Shown here one piece after another: positions 1-11,065 of a stretch of DNA of 64,000 nucleotides (positions within the stretch are counted from its first letter, which is position 1; each line of letters starts with the position of its first letter). The stretch comes from Lama glama (lineage: Eukaryota), in contig CM052816.1 in assembly GCA_028534125.1 (NCBI GenBank), positions 67,768,001-67,832,000 on the forward strand, written 5' to 3'. Under the pieces are notes generated by a model. The model ran no database searches. It worked only from the letters and a program-made list of their open reading frames with translations, and was not told where the DNA came from. A program made the translations under genes and the position numbers.

Positions 1-117
1 CCCGTTCCACGGGGCACAGAAGTAGAGGGAGTGAGACAATGCCCTTTCCCTCAGAGGACTTCCAGAAACTGCCTTGTGCAAGAGCTACTTTTGTCCATGT
101 CCATGTTATCCACCACC

Positions 118-230
118 TTATGAGACCCTGGAGAAAGAGACCATCTCCTCTTCATCATTCCTGCCTCCCTAGAGTCCCTAGATCAGTGCCTTGCAAGTAG
201 TAGATGCTCAATTAAGAGAAGTTGATGAAA
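118..230 (+). mobile_element. L2 LINE 3' end remnant
   Basis: 'cagtgccttgcaagtagtagatgctcaatta...gttgatgaa' resembles the L2 3' terminus; heavily diverged. Confidence 0.55.
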
Positions 231-253
231 GTTGTTACAAAACACTCACTGTT

Positions 254-341
254 GGGGGAAGGAAGGTATAGCTCAGCAGTAGAGTGCATGTTTAGCATGC
301 ACAAGGTCCTGGGTTCAATCCCCAGCCCTTCCAAGAAGAAA
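254..341 (+). mobile_element. tRNA-Ala-derived SINE (camelid vic-1 type)
   Basis: ggtatagctcagcagtagagtgcatgtttagcatgcacaaggtcctgggttcaatccccag: Pol III A box and B box, tRNA-Ala(AGC)-like body, A-rich tail. Confidence 0.85.
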
Positions 342-521
342 AGTACCAACTATCTAAGACTCCTCAAGATTTGATCCTTAATTCCAACCATTCTCTTCCT
401 AACAGGGGAAGGGTTCTCCTTCTTTCAAATAGTACTATTTTATTTGCAAATATAATTGTGCACTTTCTTTAGAAGAAAGTGAGAATTTATTTCTACATGT
501 ACTCTAATTGTCTCTTATTGG

Positions 522-632
522 GGATAATTGGGAAAGAGGAAGGGAGATCGAGAAAAAGGGAGGGAAGGGAGAGGAGAAGGGAAGGGAGAGGAGAAGGAAA
601 GAGAGAACGGGAAAGGACTGGGGAGAGGGAAT
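522..632 (+). repeat. Polypurine (GA-rich) low-complexity tract
   Basis: About 110 bp almost entirely G/A (ggaaagaggaagggag...). Confidence 0.85.
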
Positions 633-658
633 CTAAAATGCAGAAGACAATGGCAGAA

Positions 659-796
659 TTTGAAAATATATGTACATACATATGTATGTATATGTATAAC
701 TGAATCTCTTTGTTGTACACCTGAAACTAACGTTGTAAATCAACTACACTTCAAAACAAAATTTTAAAAAAATTAAATTAAAAATAATTTTAAAGA
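659..796 (+). mobile_element. Short 5'-truncated L1 3' tail with target-site duplication
   Basis: 'tataactgaatctctttgttgtacacctgaaactaac...tgtaaatcaactacacttcaa' plus A-rich tail; TSD agaagacaatggcagaa (642-658) / agaagagaatggcagaa (797-813). Confidence 0.85.
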
Positions 797-914
797 AGAA
801 GAGAATGGCAGAAAAGGAGCTGTATTTGTAACATAGGAAACAAATCCGAGAATTTGTAGGAAGAGGATCCTGAAAAGTTTCCAGGGAGTGTAGGATGTTA
901 GAAATTATTGATAA

Positions 915-1160
915 TTATAAACAATTTATTGAGCACTTACTATATGCCAGTATGGTGATAAGTGCTTCATGTATATTAACTTATTTAATCTACACAACCC
1001 TATGAAGTAGGCACCAACAGCATCTCTACTTTACAGATGAAGAAACTGAAGCACAGAGAGGTTAAGTAACTTAACCAAGGTTACTCAGCCAGGAAGTAGT
1101 GAAGGTGATATTTGAAGTTAGATACTCTGGCTGTACAGCCCATTCTTCTAACCTTAAAGC
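915..1160 (-). mobile_element. MIR SINE
   Basis: Reverse MIR core 'tttacagatgaagaaactgaagcacagagaggttaagtaacttaaccaaggttac'. Confidence 0.9.
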
Positions 1161-1553
1161 TGCAGTAGATATCCATTATTACTAATATAACATATAAAAT
1201 TTCTTTGTTGATTTTCAATGGTTAGATATTATTTTCTTAGTGAACATAAAAATATTCATAAGATCTTTCAGAGTTTTTGCTTCAGTGAAGTTTTTATTCC
1301 CTAATGCTTTAAGCATCTCAAGTGAAAACTTTACCATGGGTATCTTCACTAACATACTCGTTGAATGGGGAAAAGGATAGTATACTCTGTGTTATTTTTT
1401 TAACCCAAGGTTCCAAGCTGTTTTAAATCTTATATTTAAAAAAAATCTTCGTATACCAAACATAAAAAATGACCTTTGAATTACTATGAATCTTTAAATT
1501 CATTACACAAAGAAATGGAAATTAATAGCTAATCTAAATAGTCTCTGAAAAGG

Positions 1554-1957
1554 TGTGGTAGAGGTGGCTGCCCACCAAATTCCCTCTCTCCATCCATTGC
1601 CATACAGTTATGGTTGGGAAGCAGCTGCTTAGCCATTGTGGGGACTCCATTTCCCAGCCTGCCTTGCAGCTAGGTATGGCCATGTGACTGGTTCTCATCA
1701 ACAGAATATGCACCGTGGTTTCAAACAAATGGCACTGACTGAAGACAGATGACTACAATGCCCTGTGGGATGGCAGAGCAGCAGAACAAAAGGGTCCCTG
1801 AATGACTAGGTGGAGGACAACCCCTCTAGACAACTTCCTGAATTCCTTCCCAGGAAAAAAATTCAATTTTTTTGACTAAGGAATAAAATTCTAGTGTCTT
1901 GTACCATTACTTGTTTAATCTTTTTGTTATAGCTGTTTAATATACCCTAAATAATAC
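1554..1957. mobile_element. ERVL LTR (LTR16-like)
   Basis: 'ccatttcccagcctgccttgcagctaggtatggccatgtgactggttct' is characteristic of the LTR16 group; ends 'taataca'. Confidence 0.7.
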
Positions 1958-2167
1958 AGTATAATTTTCTTTGTTCTCTAATGCATTGTAATCCTTATAG
2001 CTTTCTATAGGAGAAGCAGCATGACATAGAGACAAGACAGTATGGTGTCTGTCGAGTCTGTGTTTGAATCTCAGTTCTTCCATTATTAGCTACATGACCT
2101 TGGCAAGCTGTACACACTTTAGTCATTATTAATGAGGGGATATACTGTTAGAAGCTCACCCTTTTCC

Positions 2168-2737
2168 TCTCACCCTTACCACTACTTTGTGATGCACCAG
2201 CCAGATTTCCATGCTAGCAACTGCATCTCTCTGGCCTTCCACGTGGCGAGCTGGAAGTGGGCTCCCCTTCCCAGTCCTGAGCAGTCCTTAACCAGTGATG
2301 GAAGTTGCAGTGGTGTATTGCAGGTGGTTTGCACCAACTTATAAGAACCCAGAAAGCATCTCTTCCCAACTCCAAGTTCAGTGATGTCACACTGGCAGCT
2401 TAAAATTGACCAATGGTAGTGTTTATACCACTGGAATTAGCAAACACTGCAAATCCGAACTCTCCTACCCTCTCCCAAGAGCTGTTTGTTAAACATTGAC
2501 CAACTTTTTTACCCTTGATGTAGGATAATTCAAGAATGTGTTCTACAGTGATTTCTGGATTTTTTTCCCAGCAGGATTAAGCTCCAGCTACTCATAGTGG
2601 TAGCCAGCTTGGAAATACAATCTTTATTAGCTGCCTTCCCAGTGTAACTTCTTCACTACTCTGCCATCACCTCCCAAACAACTATTTGCATTAGAATCCT
2701 GCCCAAGTTCTGCTTTTATGGGAACTCAAACTAGGAT
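2168..2737 (+). mobile_element. ERVL LTR (LTR16/33-like), interrupted by MER63
   Basis: 3' end 'ttgcattagaatcctgcccaagttctgcttttatgggaactcaaactagga' matches the typical ERVL LTR terminus. Confidence 0.55.
2308..2505 (+). mobile_element. MER63A-like hAT-Blackjack DNA transposon
   Basis: 'cagtggtgtattg...gcatctcttcccaactccaagttcagtgatgtcacactggcagcttaaaattgacc...ttgttaaacattgacca' follows the MER63 consensus. Confidence 0.75.
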
Positions 2738-2920
2738 AGGGGCTAGCAATAAATAAAGTTGAAATTATGTCAAGTACATAGCACTTAATAGGTGCATCAC
2801 AAATATTCGCTCTTCCCTGCGCTGAAATAGTACATGTCTAAAGCAAACTCAGCAGTTATTACAGGCTAATTAATCATGATATGAATTGAATGTATGCATT
2901 TAAAACTCAATTGTCTAAAT

Positions 2921-3351
2921 GGCCAATAGACACATGAAAAAATTCTCAATATTGCTAATTATCAGAGAAATGCAAATCAAAAACTACAATGAGTTATCAC
3001 CTCACACCAGTCAGAATGGCCATTAAAAAGTCATTAAAAGTCCACAAACAATAAATGCTGGAGAGGGTGTGGAGAAAAAGGAACCCTCCTACACTGCTGG
3101 TGGGAATGTGGTTTGGGAAAATAGTTTAGAGATTCCTCAAAAAACTAAAAATTGACTTACCATATGATCCAACAATCCCACTCCTGGGCATACATCCAGA
3201 GGGAACTCTACATGCACCCCAGTGTTCACAGCAGCACTGTGTACAATAGCCAAAACATGAAAACAACCTAAGTATCCATTGACAGAGGACTGGGTAAAGG
3301 AGCTATGGTATATTTATACAATGGAATACTACTCAGCCATAAAAAATAAAA
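2921..3351 (+). mobile_element. L1 ORF2 C-terminal fragment without 3' UTR, with 20-bp TSD
   Basis: ORF2 sequence (..cacctcacaccagtcagaatggcc..tgctggagagggtgtggag..atggaatactactcagccataaaaa); TSD taaaactcaattgtctaaat (2901-2920) / taaaactcgattgtctaaat (3352-3371). Confidence 0.9.
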
Positions 3352-3929
3352 TAAAACTCGATTGTCTAAATACATGAATCACTTCCAATGGCTTTAAAAC
3401 TTTCATTATTTTAAATAGAGTTTTATCATGATAAGTAAAAACTGTATATATTAAAACTCAAGATAAATCCCTAACATATACATAGAGACAAAATTAATTT
3501 AAATCTACTCTTGTGAGATACAGATCTCCAGGTTTCCTTTACATTGCTGGTAGCTATAGACTTCTAATAAATTTAAGGTCTCTGACCTCTTAATTGTCTT
3601 GATGTTTCTTTAGCAGTTGTCAGGTTTTTAAAGTTTTGTTTTTTATTTTAGATACTCGTGCTGACCTCTTATTTTATGTCACCTTGGAATAGTGATAGAT
3701 GCCAGGATCCCAGTATTCTAGAAATAAATCACACTGGAAAGCTCTTTTAAAGTTCCTTACAAAGATATAACCGTTCTGGATATTTTTCTTTTAAAGAGGT
3801 CCTTTTTGATGTCTTTATGGTGAAATTATGATGAACATTTCTTACCTTATTTTATTTCAAGGTAAATGGGGTCTTAAAAGACTAAGAACTGAGAATGTTT
3901 TAGAAAAGCCAAACTGATCAGTTTCTGAA

Positions 3930-4130
3930 GAAAGGGCATGATGATTTAGTAGAAAAAGCACCAAACCAAGAGCCGGGAGTCTCAGATTGTTACTACTTCT
4001 GTCTGTGTTACACTGGGTGAGTCATTCAGTCACTTCCCTTCCCTGGGTCTTAGTGCTTCCATTTTCAAAGTAAGGATCCTGAACTAGAGGACATTTAACA
4101 TCTATTTCAGCTTTACTATTTTATAAAATT
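3930..4130 (+). mobile_element. MIR/MIR3 remnant
   Basis: 'tgtgttacactgggtgagtcattcagtcacttcccttccctgggtcttagtgcttccattttcaaagt'. Confidence 0.6.
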
Positions 4131-5149
4131 CTAACACATACGAACAAAGGCCCCAGTTCAAATTCTGTGGTTATCATTTACTGGTCCTGTCTTAACATTT
4201 CATAGGCTGTAAGGCAATAGGAAAAGGCTTCTGGTCATGTTGGGTTTTTGGTATTGAATTTGTTATGTCAATTACTATGTGAAAATCAGAAAATAGTACC
4301 TTTATGGGGGAAGGGGGTGTGGAGAAGGAGGCAATAAAGTGTTTTTCCTTAAAGTTTTAATGTTAGAAGAAATGAATGATTCTTGATTGTGGTTCACCTG
4401 CTGATTTTTAAGTGTGTTTTAGGTTAACTTATTGTTAATCATACATGCAAATTAAAACAGTAAGAGTTATTTATTTTCTATCAGACTGACAATATTTAAA
4501 AAGGTGCCTGGTGTGGTTGAGGACAAGAAGAAACACTCACCATTGGCAGGATTTAATCTGTACCTGTTAGCTGAGGTCCCCCCTAGAAAGCAGAGCCAGA
4601 GACACGGGGACAGGAGTTGGGGAGTGAAAAGAGAGAGAAAAGCCAGTCCAGGGGACCCCTTTCCATTAGTGACCACCCCTGTGGGCAGTCAAGACTGGAT
4701 CCCTCCAGGACTTTCTGAGGAGCTATGTAGATGCGCCTCCCAATTGCCCACTCAAAGAATGGAGAAGGCTGAGCCAGGAGGTGTTAAGTCTTTCACATTC
4801 CGAGGTTTGCGCATGTGCCAAAGCTGATCAGGGCCCTACAGGCACACAGTCTGAGAAACCCTGGGGCAGAAGTGAGAGATAGCGAGGTGAGGCTGGAGTG
4901 AGGTGCCGTCAGGCCACGGACAGCTGCATGAAGCTGCAGCAATAATGGAGGTAAACAGTGGGCCAAGATGTGAGGTGGGCACAGGGCATTCAATACAATA
5001 CCACAGTTAGAGGGCAATGTAAAATGTTGTTCAAAAGTTTAAATAATCCTGTGCTCTGAAACAGCGTCTCTACTCTGCAGAGAACTATTTTTATTCTATA
5101 GAGAACCAAGAATGTCCTTTAGAGCAGTGTTTCTATTCATTCTATTCAA

Positions 5150-5560
5150 TAGTAACAATAAACCAAATGTCAATTTGTAGCAGTTAGATTAAGAAAATTA
5201 TGCTAACCAAATTAATATTCAGTAATGAAGAAGAGTGAAAAAAAGAGTAAAATAGCTCGTTCTGCCTATATATTGTATTGATGCAGAGAAATTTGTCTGA
5301 AATGTAGTTAAGTGGAAAAGAAGTAGCAGAACATTATATGATTCCAATTTTGAAAAATCTATGCATATATTATTTTATATATATTTGTATTATATAATGC
5401 TAATATGATATGATACAATTTTAAAAAATATATTTCAAATACATATACAATGGTTAATAGCACTCTTGGGAGTTGGATGGAGGAAACTTCACTTTTTATT
5501 TCTATAATCTTTGTACATTCTAAAACAGACTTGTATCTGTTTTTCAATAACAAATAAATA
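5150..5560 (+). mobile_element. Ancient L1 (L1ME-like) 3' region
   Basis: Degenerate L1M 3' UTR motifs ('atgtagttaagtggaaaagaagtagcagaacattatatgattccaattttg', 'atggttaatagcactcttggg'). Confidence 0.55.
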
Positions 5561-7839
5561 ATAATAATCAATTTAAATAATACATAAAAATGTAAAATGA
5601 TAAATATTTGCAAAAAGTGTGCCTTATTATTAGTGATTTTGTTTTGGCTAAGTTTTAGTTAGACTGAGATAACTTATCTAATTTTTGAAAATAAGTATTT
5701 CTATAACAAATCCGCTAATTTCCATATATTGCTAAGTTTACATTTTGGGAAGTCAGGATGACATTAAATGCTACAATGCCAGGTTCTCTTTTGGAAATAC
5801 AACACTTTATAACTGATTTTATTTGCTTATTTTCCCCCAACTTTGGTGGTGAACATTTGAGTTGGTTATGAAGACTTCTGCACTTCACTTTAAAATTACA
5901 ACACAGAAGAGACTGATCCTTGCAATATATTCAATGTACGCTGTGGACCCAGTGTGCTTTTTAGTACGTTAGGTAATTAAATAAAGTGTTTTTGCCAAGT
6001 CAAAAAAAAAAAACCCAAAAACTAAAAAAGAAATACAGCTCATGAGGTGGGGGAAACAGTCTTGATTTGGGGGCTTAGTTTAGTACCACCCTGTACTTCC
6101 TAAGAGGACATCTATCATTGACTTCCATCTCTAATTAAGTTACAGAGAAAAATGATTTCTAAAATGAAAAAGTAAAAGTGTCAATGTAGTAGTGGCTCTA
6201 AAATGCAGGAAATTTCTGCAGAGGGCCCTCCCCTTCACACGTATTTACTGGCAGTTGCAGGATGCATCTGTTGCTTCAGATGATTTAATGGGCAGAGAGT
6301 CTGCAGGGCCAAGCTGGAGGAGAGTGCGGTAAGATGCAGAAGCTTGAACAGAGGCATTTACCCTCCTCAGTTTTGTAGGTTACAGTCTGAGACAGGCAGA
6401 GGAAAACTCAGTATGGGTTTTCTTTAAGAAGTGCACCAGATGGTGGGGAAGTCACAAGACTATCTTCTTTACTACTAAATAGATTTGTGTAAATGGGTGG
6501 GCATTGTTGTTATAGCTCATTAGTACATATGAAAACACTGGAATGCCAATTCTTTTTGAGGTAACAGTGGATGAGGCAGAAGACCATGGAAATAAATACC
6601 TCATCTTATTTTAATCACTTTTAATATCTCAGAGGGTCTCAAAATTTTGTTTTAAAGATTCATCTCCTTTAGAAATAGATACTGACTAAGTAGGGGAACT
6701 CATTCCAAGAAGACTTAGGTTTTTTATTTTTCAAATACTACAATGTTCAGGGATGACAATTATATGGGCATACCATTGGAAATCAAAAGCTTCTGAAATA
6801 CAAGAACGTTTCTAAGCTGATTTTTAAATTGCCATCTTTTCTGAAAAGCAATTCTTTATCTTCCTGAAACAGCTGACCATATGTTGGTACTTCAATTCTG
6901 CACTGAGGGCTGAGGAGACCCAGGACATTTGCATTTTTCTATTTCCCAACTGCTCTGCAGGCCTGTTGGCTAGGCCCGGTGTTCCTCACTGCAGTTTCAG
7001 GCCCAGGCCCAGCTCTGCCTATTCATGTGGCAGTTACTGATTATCATCTGGTCTGGCAGAAGAGAAGAGGCAGCTCCCAAACAGTCTGGTCTGTCACATA
7101 CTGGAGCTGTCAGTCTCCGGAGAGGCTGAGCATATGTTCAGAGTGGCCCCTCCTAAGTCAGCTGAGTTTTGGCCTCTTCACTTGTATCTTTCTTTTTCCT
7201 TAGAGGCTATTTTCTTTTTCTTCAAAGGGAAGTATCTCAGCATCTGTCATAACTTTTCATAATAATCTAATCAATGATAATAATGTCAGCTTAGGTAACT
7301 GATGAGAGGATGGCATAAAATTACAAGTTGGGTTCTCCTGTGAAAAGCTGCCGTTGTTTTTACCCGAGGAATTTGCTGTTGGATTCATTGCCTCCCTCAA
7401 AAATGTACAGACAGGAGCCTGGGGCTGTCCTGTGAGCTTACCAATAGCTCAGAGAAGGTCTTAATCCTTGTTTATTGACATTGGATTATTTAATATTCCT
7501 ATTATTTTTGCTTGCACCTGTACTTTGCCAAAAATGAGTTGATTATTTTTAAGGGAGGAGGAATACCATATAATCCAGAGAATAAAATAAATTAAAATTA
7601 TTGGTAGGAAGACTAAAATTGGGGAAAACTCATTTACAAGAATCAGTAATTTTTTCTTTCTTCATTTGACTTTGATGAAAATGCGTTCACGTGGTTTGCC
7701 ATGTGTCTCTCTGACTGCCCTTTCTCAGTCTCTTGCTGATTTTCTCCTCAGTCCTTAGGTCTCTTTTCTTTTAAATCCACTCACTCCAGGGAAGATTTCA
7801 TCTTGTCTCTTAACTTAAAAAATAAAACAGTAATTTTGA

Positions 7840-8080
7840 ATTTGATTCATTCGGTGTTTGCTAAGGGCCCCCTGTGTGTCAGGGGTTTTTGCATTCTGTC
7901 ACCCCATTTAATTCTTCCACAGCGCTTTCTCCCAATGGACCTAGTTCTTCTTCCCATTTTACAGACTTGGAGATGGAACCTCAGGGAGATTTCAAAATCC
8001 TGCCCCAAATTACTTAGCTGTCAAATTGGCAGGAGAGGCTGCTAACCCTGCATTTGGTATTCTTCACACTACATATCACG
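7840..8080 (-). mobile_element. MIR SINE
   Basis: 'cccattttacagacttggagatggaacctcagggagatttcaaaatcctgccccaaattac'. Confidence 0.7.
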
Positions 8081-10023
8081 CCTTCCAGGAAGAATAAGAG
8101 TATTCTTTGTATAACAGTTAGGCATTGCTTAATCAGTCAACAAATATTTATCAAGTGCCTATTAGTTACCAGGCACTTAAAGGTTTTTTGAGTAGCGATA
8201 GTGTAATCACTCACAGGTAATAGTGTAATCACTCAACCAGTGCTACTGTGGGCAGCAGTACAAATTTCCCAGTAATTCACTGGAGTTAGATGTGTAATTG
8301 GTGATAAAGGCAATATAATTTCTTTGAATGATGCTGAGTAACTCCGACTGGGACCACGCCACCTCATTAGCTGTAACTCACTGAGGTAGCTGGCCCACAG
8401 CAGAGAACGCGGGACTGGAGTTTCACAACAGATTCTTATGCATTTCACTGGAAATACCCAGCATGTACAGCAGGCATTCAGGCTAGTCAAATGCTTCATA
8501 ACAATCACAGTTTTGTATTTTCTCAGTTTTGTATTTGAGTTCTTCACATTCACTTTCTCAGTAAGTCTGTTTCAAAGTTCAGCTCTTTCTTCTTCTTCTA
8601 AAGATAACTCACATGGATAAGGAAGAAAAAAAATCTAATAAAGGTGCCAATAAAACACTTTGCTTTATAAAGCCCTCATAACTGAAGGAATGCTAATCAA
8701 ACTTTCTCTCTAAATTAAGTTTTGGGTTGACTCCAATATGGAAAAGGCCAGCTGCAAAGGATATAATCCCAGAAATTTGCAAATCCCAGAAATTTTACTT
8801 ATTCTTTGTCTTTGACGCTAATCTTTTCTATTGGCATTCAGTAGGGCTGATAGAAATCCGTTGGAGATGAACAAATGGAGATGGTTAAAACCGAACAGAA
8901 TGAGCTCATAAAAAAAGCGTTGGTTGGTCATCAGTGAACAATAGCCCATAAAAAATATCATTGTTTTTCAACTCTTAACTTCAGAAGAGTCTTTGGGTGA
9001 AATGTCACCTCGCCTTCCTGAAGTGCTTCCCTTTACCAAGTAATTAAAAATTTAATTGAATTCAAAAGGGCAGAATAGGCCCTCAGCATTTTACACTTGA
9101 AGTATAATCAGTATCTAATTTGTCTAAATGCATGGCTAAATGAAGGGACATTATCCAACAACACATGGCGTATACTTGTTTTAACCGTTTTCCCCTTTAA
9201 TATTTATATGTCGCTGATTAGAAATAATATTATAAAATAGTGGTTTTAGCCAGATGACCTGAAAGTCCAATCAGAACAGCCCAAGTCTAGTTTTTCTCAA
9301 AATGATGATGAACGAACGTTACTGTACTTGACAACCCACTGCAAGAACCTATGTGCAAGTCTGTCTCTCCTCCGTGGCCCAAGGGGGAAAGACAAAGACA
9401 AGGCAAATACAGCAGAAAGCTTCCATTCCATCTGCACCTTCTTATCACCAGAAATATACCCCCTTAGAAATTCTCAAAGGGTTGGTGACTTGATTCCAGA
9501 TCGGGAGAGGAAGTGAAAGATGATGTTCGGTTTATTAGTGGAACAAGGGAAAGAGCAATTCCTGTGGGCATCAGATGGCAAGTTCTAGCAATGGAAAGTG
9601 AAGTAGGTAGGTCTAGTAGAGGAAAACAAAGGGCCCCATGAGTGCAGCATCTGGTGATCAAGGCATCTCCCCCCAGCCCCTTAAGTAGCTCCTCAGCCAC
9701 CCATCAAGCCATGGCAGCCAAATCAGCAATTTGGAGTTGCAAAATCTCCCTACAGCCCCGCAGCAGGATTTAGAGTGGAGAGAATGTTCCCTGTTCCACT
9801 GCAGTGGGGAAAGGTATTCTGGAACACTGATTTGGAATTGTATGCATTATTTTCTCCAAAATGATATTACACGTTAGTTTGGTGCTATAGGACCTCAGTG
9901 TTATAGCCTTTTACTGAATATTCAAAGTTACAACAGGTTTTCTGTTATAAGATTTTCTAAACTGCAGGTCATAACCAATTGGATGATTAGGAAATTGCAT
10001 TATTGGTTTGCAATCAGTATTGA

Positions 10024-10100
10024 TAAAAAAGAAAAAAAGAAAGAAAAAAAAGAAAAAAAGAAAAGAAAAAAGAAAAAAAAAAAGAAAGTAGAATAGAAAA
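10024..10100 (+). repeat. A-rich (GAAAA)n simple repeat
   Basis: Directly visible. Confidence 0.9.
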
Positions 10101-10834
10101 TACCAGAGTGCACTGCCTGAAGTTAGGGCAATGTGAATCTTGTGTGTGTGTGTAATCACACTGTAAAGGGTAAAAGTGTATCCCTTATTGTAGGTTAAGT
10201 AAAAAAGGATTCAAGGTCATTGGATTGGGGATTGTAGGACCAAACCAGCCTTTATACATTCCAGTTCTAGTTGCTGAATCAGGCACATCAGCAAAAATCA
10301 ATTCATTGACAGTGAATTTTGCCACAAGCAGTTCGCCAAAAATCAATTCCACAAATAATTGGTTCACAGAATTATTAATTCATTGCCTTACTGGGGACTT
10401 TCCTGCATTACAGTTTCCTTAAAGCTTTGCTATAATCCTTTAACTAGAGATCTGTTAGACTTGTTAAATGTCAGTTTGGCTACCAGTCTCACAATTTAGA
10501 TACCTCTGTCCCTTTCTGCCCTTGGCCATGCAGCTAGCTCTTGTGGTAACACAGCTGCAATGAATTTTCTGACAAAGTTTAGCAAATTTGTCATTTGGCA
10601 AATAGATCAGTTGGTAAATTAACCTATGTCCTACTTATATCTTCTCTACTCAGGAAATTCTTTTCCAATCATTTCTATTCATAAGGACCTCTCTTTTCTC
10701 TGATCCCTTTCACACTCTCTCTTTGAACCACACTGTACGTTACGATCTGCTATGCTATTCTCTAATTACCTTTATCACTTAATTGTATCATACCATGTTG
10801 GTATGAACAGGTCTCTCTCACACACACATACTAA

Positions 10835-11065
10835 CTTTTGAGCAAGACTTCTTGGGTTTGAACTTGATTCTGCAACTTAGTGCTTATGTATCCTTGAACA
10901 AATTACTTAACCTCCATGTGCATTGGTTTCCTTGTCTGTAAAATGGGAATAATTGTAGTACCTACCTTAGGTGTCAGTGAGAGGAGTGAATGAGTTAAAA
11001 CAGGAAAAGCACTTAAAATAGTGTCTGAAACACAGTAAGTACTACATAAGTATTAGTTATTACAC
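10835..11065 (+). mobile_element. MIR SINE
   Basis: 'ccttgaacaaattacttaacctccatgtgcattggtttccttgtctgtaaaatgggaataat'. Confidence 0.9.

Noticed and set aside
254..333. tRNA-Ala gene
   Set aside because: Acceptor stem and D arm are mutated, it has an A-rich tail and multiple diverged copies in the window, so it is a SINE
479..767. Arg/Glu/Gly-rich ORFs
   Set aside because: Translation of a GA-rich low-complexity tract plus an L1 tail
8233..8600. Possible minus-strand terminal exon (EEEERAEL*NRLTEKV...)
   Set aside because: Acceptor is mediocre, early stop, no recognisable protein; insufficient support
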